The notes below the pieces were generated by a model. It made no database searches. It was not told the DNA's origin and saw only the letters and a program-made list of their open reading frames with translations. Shown here one piece after another: positions 34,517 to 43,200 of a stretch of DNA of 64,000 nt. The position numbers and the translations under genes are program-made. This stretch comes from Sedimentisphaerales bacterium (lineage in GTDB: Bacteria; Planctomycetota; Phycisphaerae; Sedimentisphaerales; Anaerobacaceae), in contig OY970194.1 in NCBI GenBank assembly GCA_963708075.1, positions 6,944,001 to 7,008,000 on the forward strand, in the 5' to 3' direction. Each line of letters begins with the position of its first letter. The first letter of the stretch is position 1.

Positions 34517-34575
34517 GTTTTGTCACCTGAACCAAACTGCTCTCTATTATTACGCCAGCCTTGCCTATTAGGATC

Positions 34576-34596
34576 GGTGGGCACAGCCCACACTAC
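34576..34596 (-). repeat. GTAG-type REP, single copy overlapping the HAD stop codon
   Basis: Minus strand gtagtgtgggctgtgcccacc. Confidence 0.6.
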
Positions 34597-35501
34597 TTTA
34601 TCCACGGCGGTTTCTCGGGCAGGTGGCGGTCGAACTCCTCGATCAGTTTTCTCTCGTACGCTTCGGCGTATTGGCCCTTGAAGAACCGGCCGAGCGCCTC
34701 ATCGTGGAATCGCTTCCAGGAGGCATCTTCGCTGCCTGGATTGATGGGGTAGAACAGGGCGTTGTTGGCCTTGGCGGCCTTCAGGTCGCTTGGCGCATCG
34801 CCTACCAAGAGGACATGATTCTCCTGATACCTGCCCTTCGTCGCGTATTGCAGGTGCTGGGTCTTGGCGCCCATCTCCTGGCCTGCGATCACGGCCACGT
34901 ACTTGGCGATATCGTGCTCGTTCCACTCGCGGAACAGCGCCTCGCCGGGTGTGGTTGAAACTACGATGACATCCGCCTTGTCCTGCAACTTCTCCAGGCT
35001 TTCCCGCAGGAACGGAAAGGGCGGCACGTCCTTCACGATCTCCGCCACCGCCCAGTTCACACGCTCGCTCCACTGGAGGGCGAGCTCCAGCTCCCTTCTG
35101 GCCTCGTCTTCAGCCCCGGCAATGGCCTGCTTGAGCCCATCGTCGCTCAGCGTGCTGCCCGGGTCGTCCACCCAGGCGAAGTAGTGGGGGAACTGCGGGA
35201 CCTTGAACTTCCTGCTCTTGACCATCGGGTGGGTCGGCAGCAATTCAGTGAGGATCCGCTTGAGGGTCTTATGCCGGTTCTCGCCGCGGGTTTTGGAGAA
35301 CAGGTCGGCGAACTCCTTGCACTCGCGGGCGGCCTGGGCCACCGGTTGCAGGCCGAAGCAGCCGATCATCCACGGACAGAAGCACTCCCGCTGCTTGATG
35401 CCCATCGTGTCGAACACAGAGCCGTCGGAGTCGATGCCGACAAAGAACTCGTGCTGAGGCTGGAAATCCTTCAGGACTTGTGCGAGGTCCGCTGCCGTCA
35501 T
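34593..35501 (-). CDS. HAD-superfamily hydrolase
   Basis: GIDSDGSVFDT (DxD motif I), VVST, K, VGDAPSD. Confidence 0.88.
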   Translation of the reverse strand: MTAADLAQVLKDFQPQHEFFVGIDSDGSVFDTMGIKQRECFCPWMIGCFGLQPVAQAARECKEFADLFSKTRGENRHKTLKRILTELLPTHPMVKSRKFKVPQFPHYFAWVDDPGSTLSDDGLKQAIAGAEDEARRELELALQWSERVNWAVAEIVKDVPPFPFLRESLEKLQDKADVIVVSTTPGEALFREWNEHDIAKYVAVIAGQEMGAKTQHLQYATKGRYQENHVLLVGDAPSDLKAAKANNALFYPINPGSEDASWKRFHDEALGRFFKGQYAEAYERKLIEEFDRHLPEKPPWIK

Positions 35502-35539
35502 CCCCTCTCCTCGTGGAAGGTAGCGACGGGCGATAGCAT

Positions 35540-35611
35540 GTAGGGTGGGTCCTTGACCCGCGCGTGAAGAGGTATCGATAGGGTAACGCGTGGGTTGAGA
35601 ACCCACCCTAC
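35540..35611. repeat. GTAG-type REP doublet
   Basis: gtagggtgggt...acccaccctac perfect 11-bp outer inverted repeat with internal palindromes. Confidence 0.8.
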
Positions 35612-35643
35612 GAGATTCAAGGGTTGTGCCGGGTCCGCTGTTG

Positions 35644-37153
35644 TCATTGGGGCTGCCCGTAATACTTGTACTGCTTGACCTGCTTGGGTCCTCGCTTGTC
35701 GCTTCTGCCGCCGACCTCTCGGCGGAGCGGAATCTGCATGCCGCCGGTCTTGTCGAGCCAATCGTACAATCGCTTCTTCAGGCTCGCGACGTGCTGCTTG
35801 TGCTCGGGCTGGTCGATGAGGTTGTGCATCTCGTCCGGATCGTTCTGCATGTCATACAGCTCGTCGGTGTCCCAGATGCCGTGATAGTGGATGAACTTGT
35901 ATTGGTCGGTTCGCACGCCGAAGGTCGTCGGCGTCTGCGGGAAGGCGGCCTCCCAATAGTACTCGTAGAAAACGGCGTCACGCCAGGGAATGTCCTTGCC
36001 TTCGAGCAGGGGGAGCAGCGAGCGGCCGTCCATGTGCTCGGGCGTCTGGACGCCGGCAGCTTCCAGGATCGTGGGGGCGATGTCGATGTTCTGCACGAGC
36101 TGCGTGACCTTCGTCGCGGGCTTGATGATCTCGGGACAATACGCCAGCAGCGGCACTCGCATGGAGGGCTCGTACATATGGCGTTTGTCGATCAGGCCGT
36201 GCTCGCCGAAACAGAAGCCGTTGTCGCCCATATAGAAGACGAGTGTAGACTCGGCCTGGCCGATCTCCTTGAGACAGTCGAGCACCCGGCCGATGCTGTC
36301 ATCGACGCTCAGCAGCGTCTCGCAATAACGCTTGTAGAATGTATCAAAGTCCATCTGGCCGTGATACATGTAATCCACGCCGTGCCAACTGTTGCGTTGC
36401 TCTTTGACCCAGGCCGGCTTGCCGCGATAGTTCTCTTCCGTGTCCGCCATGCTCTTGGGGTAGTCAAGCGTGACTTTCTCGTACCTGCCGGCGTGCCGCT
36501 TGGCCGGCGCGAACATCGCGTGAACAGCCTTGTGCGACAGGTACAGGAAGAAGGGCTTATCCCGCTCCTGCTTGAGCCACTCGACGGCGTAGTCCGTCAG
36601 CTCATCGGAGATGTGCTTCGTGGTCTTGACCTTCTTGCCGTCAATGTTCAGCTCGGTGTTGTAGTACTCGCCCTGGCCCCGGAAGCTGATCCACTTGTCG
36701 AAGCCCGGGTCGGGTCTCGTCGCTGTCGTGGCCCATGTGCCATTTGCCCATGAAGGCCGTGCGGTAGCCCAACTCCTGGAGGTACTGCGGGAAGAATACA
36801 AGGTCCTTGCGGATATCCGTCTGGTTGTCCACGACGCCGTGCTTGTGCGAGAGCATCCCGGTCAGGATCGAGGCCCGGCTCGGCGAGCACAGGGCGGTTG
36901 TCACAAAGGCATTCTGCAGGTGCGCCCCCTCGCGGGCCAGCCGGTCCATGTTGGGCGTCTCCAGAAACTTCACCTTGCCCATGAAGCCCATGAAATCATA
37001 GCGATGATCGTCAGCCAGGATGAACACCACATTCCGCGGCTTTCGCCCGGGAATCGTGTTTAGCCTGTTCTTCTGCTGGCCCGTGGTTGCCCGGGCCAGA
37101 CCCAGAGCTAGCGACGCTGCCCCGGCCGATTGAAGGAAGTCTCTTCTATTCAT
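35644..37153 (-). CDS. Tat-exported sulfatase (N-acetylglucosamine-6-sulfatase-like), frameshift near 36710
   Basis: NRRDFL, ADDHR, CSPSRASILTG, GKWHMG in ORF 36641-37168, continuing PGFDKW..GDNG..DKR in ORF 35644-36801. Confidence 0.85.
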
Positions 37154-37185
37154 CCTGTCCTCGTTCACTCAAACGCCGCAGTCGC

Positions 37186-37206
37186 GTAGGGTGTGCATCG
37201 CACACC
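37186..37206 (+). repeat. GTAG-type REP, single
   Basis: gtagggtgtgcatcgcacacc; near-identical to 46240-46260 and 38236-38256. Confidence 0.7.
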
Positions 37207-37235
37207 TTCTTCTGCTATCTCAAAACTGTGGGTTG

Positions 37236-37316
37236 CGGGTGCCATGTCCACGCTCGCGTGGACATGTTCCACCAACGGGACAAGGCATGCTTACGCAAGC
37301 GTAAGCATGGCACCCG
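37236..37316. repeat. REP-like double palindrome, family C (GGGTGCCATG...CATGGCACCC)
   Basis: cgggtgccatgtccacgctcgcgtggacatg ... catgcttacgcaagcgtaagcatggcacccg. Confidence 0.8.
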
Positions 37317-37385
37317 GCAAGAGGGCCGAAAGCCGCCCACCAAATTGGGATAGCCGCAGTACTACAATTGCTATTGCCTCTGGAT

Positions 37386-38205
37386 CTATACGCCGCTGAA
37401 GGCGGAGAAGCCACCGTCCACGGGGATGGTCACGCCCGTGACGAATTTTGCCGCGTCGCTGAGCAGCCAGATCACTGTGCCGATCAGCTCATTGGGCTGG
37501 CCGAAGCGACCCATCGGTGTGTGCTCGGTGACGGTCTTGCCTCGCGGCGTCAGGTCACCGGTCTTCGCATCGGTCAGCAGGAATCGGTTCTGCTCGGTCA
37601 GGAAGAAGCCCGGCGCAATGGCATTGACGCGAATCTCCTTCGAGCAGTTCTGGCAGATATGCACGGCCAGCCACTGGGTGAAGTTGCTCACAGCGGCCTT
37701 GGCGGCGGAATACGCCGGAATCTTCGTCAGAGGCCGAATCGCGTTCATGCTGGAGATGTTCAGGATCACGCCCGAGCCTTGCTCGGCCATCGTCTTGCCG
37801 AAGACTTGCGTCGGCAGCAGCGTACCCAGGAAGTTCAGGTCGAAGACGAACCGGACCGCCTCCGCCGGCAGGTCGAAGAACGACACTTCGGGCGAAGTGG
37901 TCGCTTCCTTCTTATTGCCGCCGGCGCCGTTGATCAGCGCATCGACCCGTCCGAACTCGGCGATTACCTTCTTCTGGGCCTGCTCGATGCCGGCCTTGTC
38001 GAGCACGTTGCACGCCACGCCGATGGCCGTGCCGCCCTTGGCCTTGATTTCCTCGGCGACTGCGCGTCGCGGCAGGCTCAGACAGGTCGAGCACGGCGAT
38101 CTTCGCGCCCGCCTGGCCCAGGGCCCGGGCCATCTCGCCGCACAGGATCCCGCCGCCGCCGGTGATCGCGATTACCTTACCCTTCACGTCGAACAGATTG
38201 CTCAT
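37386..38205 (-). CDS. SDR oxidoreductase, D-mannonate oxidoreductase-like; frameshift near 38067
   Basis: ITGGGGILC, INGAGGN, DLNFLGTLLPTQVF, YSAAK, NAIAPGFFLTEQNR, DGGFSA. Confidence 0.82.
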
Positions 38206-38235
38206 TTCTACCCTTTCGGCAGACATTTCAGACTG

Positions 38236-38256
38236 GCAGCGTGTGCCATGCACACC
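38236..38256 (+). repeat. Degenerate GTAG-type REP
   Basis: gcagcgtgtgccatgcacacc. Confidence 0.5.
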
Positions 38257-38392
38257 TTTTTCCATGCTTGCCATGAAACCAACGTTCCGGCAGAATATAC
38301 CCGATTCGCGACGCGATTTCAACGCGCAGAATCGCGCACAGCAAGTCCAGGTGCCGATGGTTCTTCACATGGAGCAAGAAAGACGAATTAGC

Positions 38393-38734
38393 ATGGCCAA
38401 CTACATGATCGCCCATTTCGACGACATCGAGGCGGTGATATGTCCCTGCGGGTTCGCTCGACGGGCGTTCGCCGTGCCCGACAACTCCGCCGCCACGGTC
38501 CACATCGTTGATATCCAGCAGGATTCGCAGGTGCACTACCACAAGGAGCACACGGAAATCTACCTGGTCCTCGAAGGCAAAGGTCACATGGAGTTGGATG
38601 GCGACATGGTTCCTATCCGCCCCTTCACCACGGTCCTGATCAAGCCGCTGTGTCGTCACCGGGCCGTCGGCCGGCTCCGCATCGTCAACATCTGCATCCC
38701 GCCCTTCGACCCAGCCGATGAATGGTTCGACTGA
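38393..38734 (+). CDS. Small cupin-domain protein
   Basis: CPCG, HYHKEHTEIYLVLEGKG, RHRAVG cupin motifs. Confidence 0.9.
   Translation: MANYMIAHFDDIEAVICPCGFARRAFAVPDNSAATVHIVDIQQDSQVHYHKEHTEIYLVLEGKGHMELDGDMVPIRPFTTVLIKPLCRHRAVGRLRIVNICIPPFDPADEWFD
38651..38734 (+). repeat. Direct repeat copy 1 (3' end of cupin gene)
   Basis: 74/84 nt identical to 42449-42532 by manual alignment. Confidence 0.92.
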
Positions 38735-38743
38735 AGAGTGTTC

Positions 38744-38771
38744 TTGCAGAACTGCCCGAAAAGCGTATAAT
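38744..38771 (+). promoter_or_regulatory. Sigma70-like promoter upstream of riboswitch 1
   Basis: TTGCAG-16 bp-TATAAT. Confidence 0.55.
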
Positions 38772-38794
38772 AACACACCATACGCGAAAGACCG

Positions 38795-38922
38795 ATGTCG
38801 CCGAAATCTGTGCAGCACACAGACACGGGGGACCCAGGTCTCCGGGGCGAATTCCCCACCCAGCAGGGGGATAATGCGATTCTGAGCTTGAGCCCGTCTG
38901 CTAAGCCCACAGGCATTTGGGA
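38795..38922 (+). ncRNA. c-di-AMP (ydaO/yuaA) riboswitch, copy 1 (more divergent)
   Basis: gccgaaatc..acgggggaccca..ggggcgaat..gagcccgtctgctaa..aggca; paralogous to 40158-40285. Confidence 0.8.
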
Positions 38923-38946
38923 ACTCGTTCGAGAGAGGATTGAGTC

Positions 38947-39885
38947 ATGGCGATGAAATCCAGCCTCACGTACCTTATCTTGATGGCTGCCGGAACCGTA
39001 GTGTGGATCGCAATCCTGTTGGCGGTCCTGCGTTTTCACCCAGAGGCAGATGCCGCGGCGCAGCTTGCCTTTAAGGCCCAAAGAGTCAAATTAGTGAGTC
39101 AGATGCGCCTGGACTTGGCTTCGGCCTCAGAGGCTGGAAAGAGCGCCGTCATGGCCACGACCGATCAGGACTCGCAGGCTTTCGCAGATCAGGCCCGTGC
39201 GGCTACCGCTGCGGTGGAGCGAGGGCGCACGGAGGTGGAGGAACTCCTACGGACACGCGGCACGAAGAACGAAGAGGAGTTGCTTGCCCAATTCTCCCAA
39301 GCCTTTGCCGAGTTTCAGCGCATCGATAAAGACGTGTTGGAAATGGCGGTCCAGAACACCAACCTCAAGGCTTACAGTCTGGCCTTTGGCCCCGCCGCAG
39401 AGGTGCTCGATGAAATGGATGCCGCGCTTTCCCGCATTGTGGCCCAGAACGTCAACTCCACGGCCCCGGATGCCAAGCAGGTGATGCAGCTTGCGGACGA
39501 CGCTCGGATCAGAGCCTTGCACATACAGACCCTATTAGCACCGCACATTGCAGAGGAAAGTGGCGGGAAGATGGACGAGTTGGAAGCTCTGATGGCAAAG
39601 GACGATGTAGAGGTCCACAAAGACTTGGCCGGTTTGGCCACACTGTTGAAGTCCACCGGGGACCCCGACCTGGAGATCGCTTCGTCGCGCTATACCCAGT
39701 TCAGTGAGATCAAAACACAGATCATCAAACTCTCCCGGGAAAACACGAACGTCCGGTCACTGGTCATCACACTGAACCAGGAACGCAAGGTGATGCTGAT
39801 GTGTCAGGACGCTCTGGCCGCCTTGGAGCAGGCCATTCAGCAGGAGCCCGTCGTGGGCCGGAAGACACCGGTCCTTCCACGGTAG
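38947..39885 (+). CDS. Membrane-anchored tandem four-helix-bundle (MCP ligand-binding-like) protein without signalling domain
   Basis: One N-terminal TM, then amphipathic helices with internal repeat LEMAVQNTNLKA / IKLSRENTNVRS; no second TM, HAMP or MCP tail. Confidence 0.7.
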   Translation: MAMKSSLTYLILMAAGTVVWIAILLAVLRFHPEADAAAQLAFKAQRVKLVSQMRLDLASASEAGKSAVMATTDQDSQAFADQARAATAAVERGRTEVEELLRTRGTKNEEELLAQFSQAFAEFQRIDKDVLEMAVQNTNLKAYSLAFGPAAEVLDEMDAALSRIVAQNVNSTAPDAKQVMQLADDARIRALHIQTLLAPHIAEESGGKMDELEALMAKDDVEVHKDLAGLATLLKSTGDPDLEIASSRYTQFSEIKTQIIKLSRENTNVRSLVITLNQERKVMLMCQDALAALEQAIQQEPVVGRKTPVLPR

Positions 39886-40111
39886 CAGTGGACGAGTGCA
39901 AGGCATAGTCGGTTGCCATCGCCCAAGAGAACCATCCCGCTGCCCGCAAGCAGGTGAAGGGTCAATTCCACGTCACGGCAGATTCCATCCAGCGGTCCCT
40001 GGTGAATGCAATCTTGCTCCGTCGTGCTCTCTACTATAGGCGAAACGCGGGCTCTTCATCCCCACCCGTAGCACAAGGCAAGATTGGTGTTTATCGCGTG
40101 CCGTTTTTGAC

Positions 40112-40139
40112 TTGCACAATCCGTTGAACCGCATACAAT
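40112..40139 (+). promoter_or_regulatory. Sigma70-like promoter upstream of riboswitch 2
   Basis: TTGCAC-16 bp-TACAAT. Confidence 0.55.
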
Positions 40140-40157
40140 ATGCTCCTATTAGAACCA

Positions 40158-40285
40158 ATGTCGCCGAAATCTGTGCCGTACACAGATACGGGGGACCCAA
40201 GGTTTCCGGGGCGAATTCCTCACCCAGCAGGGGATAAGGCACTTCCAAGCCTGAGCCCGTCAGCTAACCCCGTAGGCATTTGGGA
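40158..40285 (+). ncRNA. c-di-AMP (ydaO/yuaA) riboswitch, copy 2
   Basis: gccgaaatc, tacgggggaccca, ggggcgaat, gagcccgtcagctaaccccgtaggc match the ydaO consensus blocks; precedes a YdaO/KimA-like transporter. Confidence 0.9.
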
Positions 40286-40335
40286 GGGCATGGTACAGGG
40301 ATAAGATGATTGTTGCCATGCCGGCAATCTCTTCT

Positions 40336-40370
40336 GTTATCTCCTGCCTGCCTTCCGGAAAGGAGATAGC
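40336..40370 (+). promoter_or_regulatory. RBS-sequestering hairpin (riboswitch expression platform)
   Basis: gttatctcct (40336-40345) pairs with aggagatagc (40361-40370), directly before GTG 40371. Confidence 0.7.
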
Positions 40371-42410
40371 GTGGAATCAGGTCCCGTTAGCAGGCCGGCA
40401 TTTGGGGAAAGAATCGCCAGGAGGCTGTTCGGTGCACCGCGTGACCTTCGCGATCCGCACATCTTTCACAAGCTGTCGCTCATCCCATTGCTGGCGTGGG
40501 TTGGATTGGGCGCGGACGGGCTTTCTTCGTCCGCCTATGGCCCGGAAGAGGCGTTCAGGGCCCTGGGTGGCCACACGTACCTGGCCCTGTTTCTCGCCCT
40601 GGCCACGGCCTTCACGGTAGGCGTCATTGCCTACGCCTACTCAAGGATCATTGAGCATTTTCCGCATGGGGGCGGGGGCTACATCGTGGCCACGCACATG
40701 CTCGGGGAAGGCGCAGGCGTGGTTTCCGGCTCCGCGCTGATCGTCGACTATATCCTGACGATAGCCGTCTCCATCACTTCGTGCGTCGATGCCTTGTTCA
40801 GCTATGTTCCGGCGGAATTCTCCGGGCTCAAGGTTCCAGCGGCCTCGGGGCTGATCGTGCTGCTGGTGATCCTCAACATCCGGGGAGTTCGCGAATCCAT
40901 CCTGGTGCTGGCGCCGATCTTCGTCGCCTTTGTCGTTTCCCACATCCTCATGCTCGGCTACGGCATCGTCAGTCATCTCCATGAGATCGGGCCGGTGGCG
41001 GTCGGTGTCCGCGATGACTTCGCCCATGACTTGTCCACCATTGGGGGCATGGGGATTCTCCTGGTCTTTCTGCGCGCCTATTCACTCGGCGGCGGAACAT
41101 ATACCGGAATCGAGGCCGTCTCCAACGGACTGCAGATTATGCGGGACCCGAAGGTCTGGACGGGCAAACGCACCATGCTGTACATGGCGGCCTCCCTCGC
41201 CGTGACCGCCGGCGGGCTCTTCCTGTGCTACCTCCTGCTGGAAGTGCGGCCGGTGGCGGGAAGAACGCTTAACTCCGTGCTGGCCGACAGCCTGTTCGGC
41301 GGCTGGTATTTCGGCCACGCGGTGGCGGTCTTTACGATCTTCTCCGAGGGCGCGCTGCTTCTGGTAGCTGCCCAGGCGGGATTCATCGACGCTCCCCGCG
41401 TAATGGCCAATATGGCCGTCGACTCCTGGCTGCCTCACCGGTTCGCCTCGCTCTCCGATCGCCTCACGATGCGCAACGGGATCATCATGATCGGCGTATC
41501 CGCGCTGGCGTTGCTGTTGTATACCCAGGGCTCGATCTCGGCCCTCGTGGTCATGTACTCGATCAACGTGTTCCTGACATTCTCGCTCTCAGAATTCGGC
41601 ATGTCCTATTTCTTCATCACAAACCGGAGGAAGGAGGCCAAGTGGAGACAGCATCTCAGCGTCCATCTGACCGGCCTGATCCTCTGCCTGACGATTCTAT
41701 CGATCACCCTGTTTGAGAAGTTCAGGGAAGGCGGCTGGCTGACCCTGGTCATCACATCGCTGTTCATCGCCCTATGCTACCTGATCAAGCGTCACTACCT
41801 GAAAGTGAGAATGCAGTTGACGGAACTGGACGCCGTCGTATCGCAAATACCGGTTTCCGGGCCGATGAATACGAAGCCGGCGGATCGCGGGGACATGACG
41901 GCGATCCAACTCGTCAGCAGTTTCAACGGGGTGGGTGTGCACACGCTGTTTTCCGTCATCCGCTCGTTCCCGGGATTGTACAAGAACTTCGTCTTTGTCT
42001 CCGTCGCCGTCATCGACCAGGGCGCCTTCAAGGGCGAGGAGGGGCTGGCGGACCTCAAGAAATACGCCGAGCAATCCCTGCGCCAGTACGTTCAACTCGC
42101 GCGCATGCTCGGATTTCCGGCCGAATACCGGATGGCGGTGGGGACCGATCTTGTGGAGTCGGCGACCAAGTTATGCAGAGAAGTGTCGCTCGAATTCCCG
42201 CATTCCACGGTCTTCTCAGGGCAACTTTCGTTCCGTCTGGAGAAGCTGTACCACCGTTTGCTGCACAACGAGGCGGCGTTTGCCATCCAGCGGCGTCTGC
42301 AGTGGAGCGGAATCACCAACGTCATATTGCCGATACGAGTGACAGTGCCAAAGACGGACTCGGTCATGTGGTCTGCCGATGACCGCCGAGGCGATACAGA
42401 ACCTGAATGA
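40371..42410 (+). CDS. APC-superfamily permease, KimA/YdaO-like potassium transporter
   Basis: GADGLSSSAYGPEE, PHGGGGY, DYILT, TGIEAVSNG, ~12 TMs plus cytoplasmic C-domain ending LHN..AIQRRL. Confidence 0.85.
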   Translation: MESGPVSRPAFGERIARRLFGAPRDLRDPHIFHKLSLIPLLAWVGLGADGLSSSAYGPEEAFRALGGHTYLALFLALATAFTVGVIAYAYSRIIEHFPHGGGGYIVATHMLGEGAGVVSGSALIVDYILTIAVSITSCVDALFSYVPAEFSGLKVPAASGLIVLLVILNIRGVRESILVLAPIFVAFVVSHILMLGYGIVSHLHEIGPVAVGVRDDFAHDLSTIGGMGILLVFLRAYSLGGGTYTGIEAVSNGLQIMRDPKVWTGKRTMLYMAASLAVTAGGLFLCYLLLEVRPVAGRTLNSVLADSLFGGWYFGHAVAVFTIFSEGALLLVAAQAGFIDAPRVMANMAVDSWLPHRFASLSDRLTMRNGIIMIGVSALALLLYTQGSISALVVMYSINVFLTFSLSEFGMSYFFITNRRKEAKWRQHLSVHLTGLILCLTILSITLFEKFREGGWLTLVITSLFIALCYLIKRHYLKVRMQLTELDAVVSQIPVSGPMNTKPADRGDMTAIQLVSSFNGVGVHTLFSVIRSFPGLYKNFVFVSVAVIDQGAFKGEEGLADLKKYAEQSLRQYVQLARMLGFPAEYRMAVGTDLVESATKLCREVSLEFPHSTVFSGQLSFRLEKLYHRLLHNEAAFAIQRRLQWSGITNVILPIRVTVPKTDSVMWSADDRRGDTEPE

Positions 42411-42448
42411 GAAGAAACCCATGAGTGCCATCCGCAACGTGAGGAGTC

Positions 42449-42532
42449 TGCCGTCACCGGGCCGTCGGCCGGCTTCGCATCATCAACATCTGCATCCCGC
42501 CCTTCGACCTCGCCGATGAGTGGTTTGATTAG
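42449..42532 (+). repeat. Direct repeat copy 2: orphan 3' fragment of the cupin gene
   Basis: Encodes CRHRAVGRLRIINICIPPFDLADEWFD*, versus CRHRAVGRLRIVNICIPPFDPADEWFD* in copy 1. Confidence 0.92.
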
Positions 42533-42564
42533 CACAGGCGGAATCTTCGCGGTATAATAAAGAT

Positions 42565-42753
42565 ATGATTCGCAAGGTTGTGCAAATACATCGTATGGAC
42601 GGTTACTCGGAGATCCGGCAGAACCTGGAGTATTGGCTGAGCCGACCCCCGGAGGAGCGCCTCACGGAGGTCGAGGAACTCAGGCGCGAGTACTATGGAG
42701 ATTCGCACCGACTTCAAAGAGTTGCTCGAGTTGTTCAACAAGCACAAGGTTGA
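42565..42753 (+). CDS. Small protein typically paired with nucleotidyltransferases (antitoxin-like)
   Basis: YWLSRPPEERL..VEELR; overlaps the downstream NTase; TATAAT at 42553. Confidence 0.65.
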   Translation: MIRKVVQIHRMDGYSEIRQNLEYWLSRPPEERLTEVEELRREYYGDSHRLQRVARVVQQAQG

Positions 42754-43138
42754 ATACCTCATCGTCGGCGGCTACGCCCTGGCGTTCCATGGCGCACCGC
42801 GTCTCACTCGCGGTATTGATCTATTCGTGGGGCCGACGTACGAGAACGCCGAGCGGATTCTTGCTGCTCTGGATGAGTTCGGCTTCGGCTCGTTGAACCT
42901 GTCCAAGGATGATTTCACCACGCCGGGCATGGTCGTTCAGCTCGGCGTGCCGCCCGTACGCATCGACATCATAACGAGAGTCAGCGGGGTTTCGTGGGAA
43001 AAAGCGGATGCCACCAAGGCCCCCGGCTGCTACGGCGACACACCCGTGTTTTTCATAAGCCGCGAGGACTTCATCGCCAACAAAAGGGCGACAGGCAGAA
43101 CCAAAGATGCCGCCGACATCGAGGCCCTCGGAGAGTAA
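42695..43138 (+). CDS. Minimal nucleotidyltransferase (DUF6036-like)
   Basis: YLIVGGYALAFHGAPR.T..D, RIDI, NKRATGRTKDAAD. Confidence 0.8.
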   Translation: MEIRTDFKELLELFNKHKVEYLIVGGYALAFHGAPRLTRGIDLFVGPTYENAERILAALDEFGFGSLNLSKDDFTTPGMVVQLGVPPVRIDIITRVSGVSWEKADATKAPGCYGDTPVFFISREDFIANKRATGRTKDAADIEALGE

Positions 43139-43200
43139 CGATCCTCCTGTCAGAATGGTTGGCCACGCCGGGTCATTTCCCACACATTGCTGTGCATCAG

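Noticed and set aside
38651..42532. Diversity-generating retroelement TR/VR pair
   Set aside because: Mismatches are mostly synonymous C/T changes, not adenine-specific, and no reverse transcriptase is in the window.
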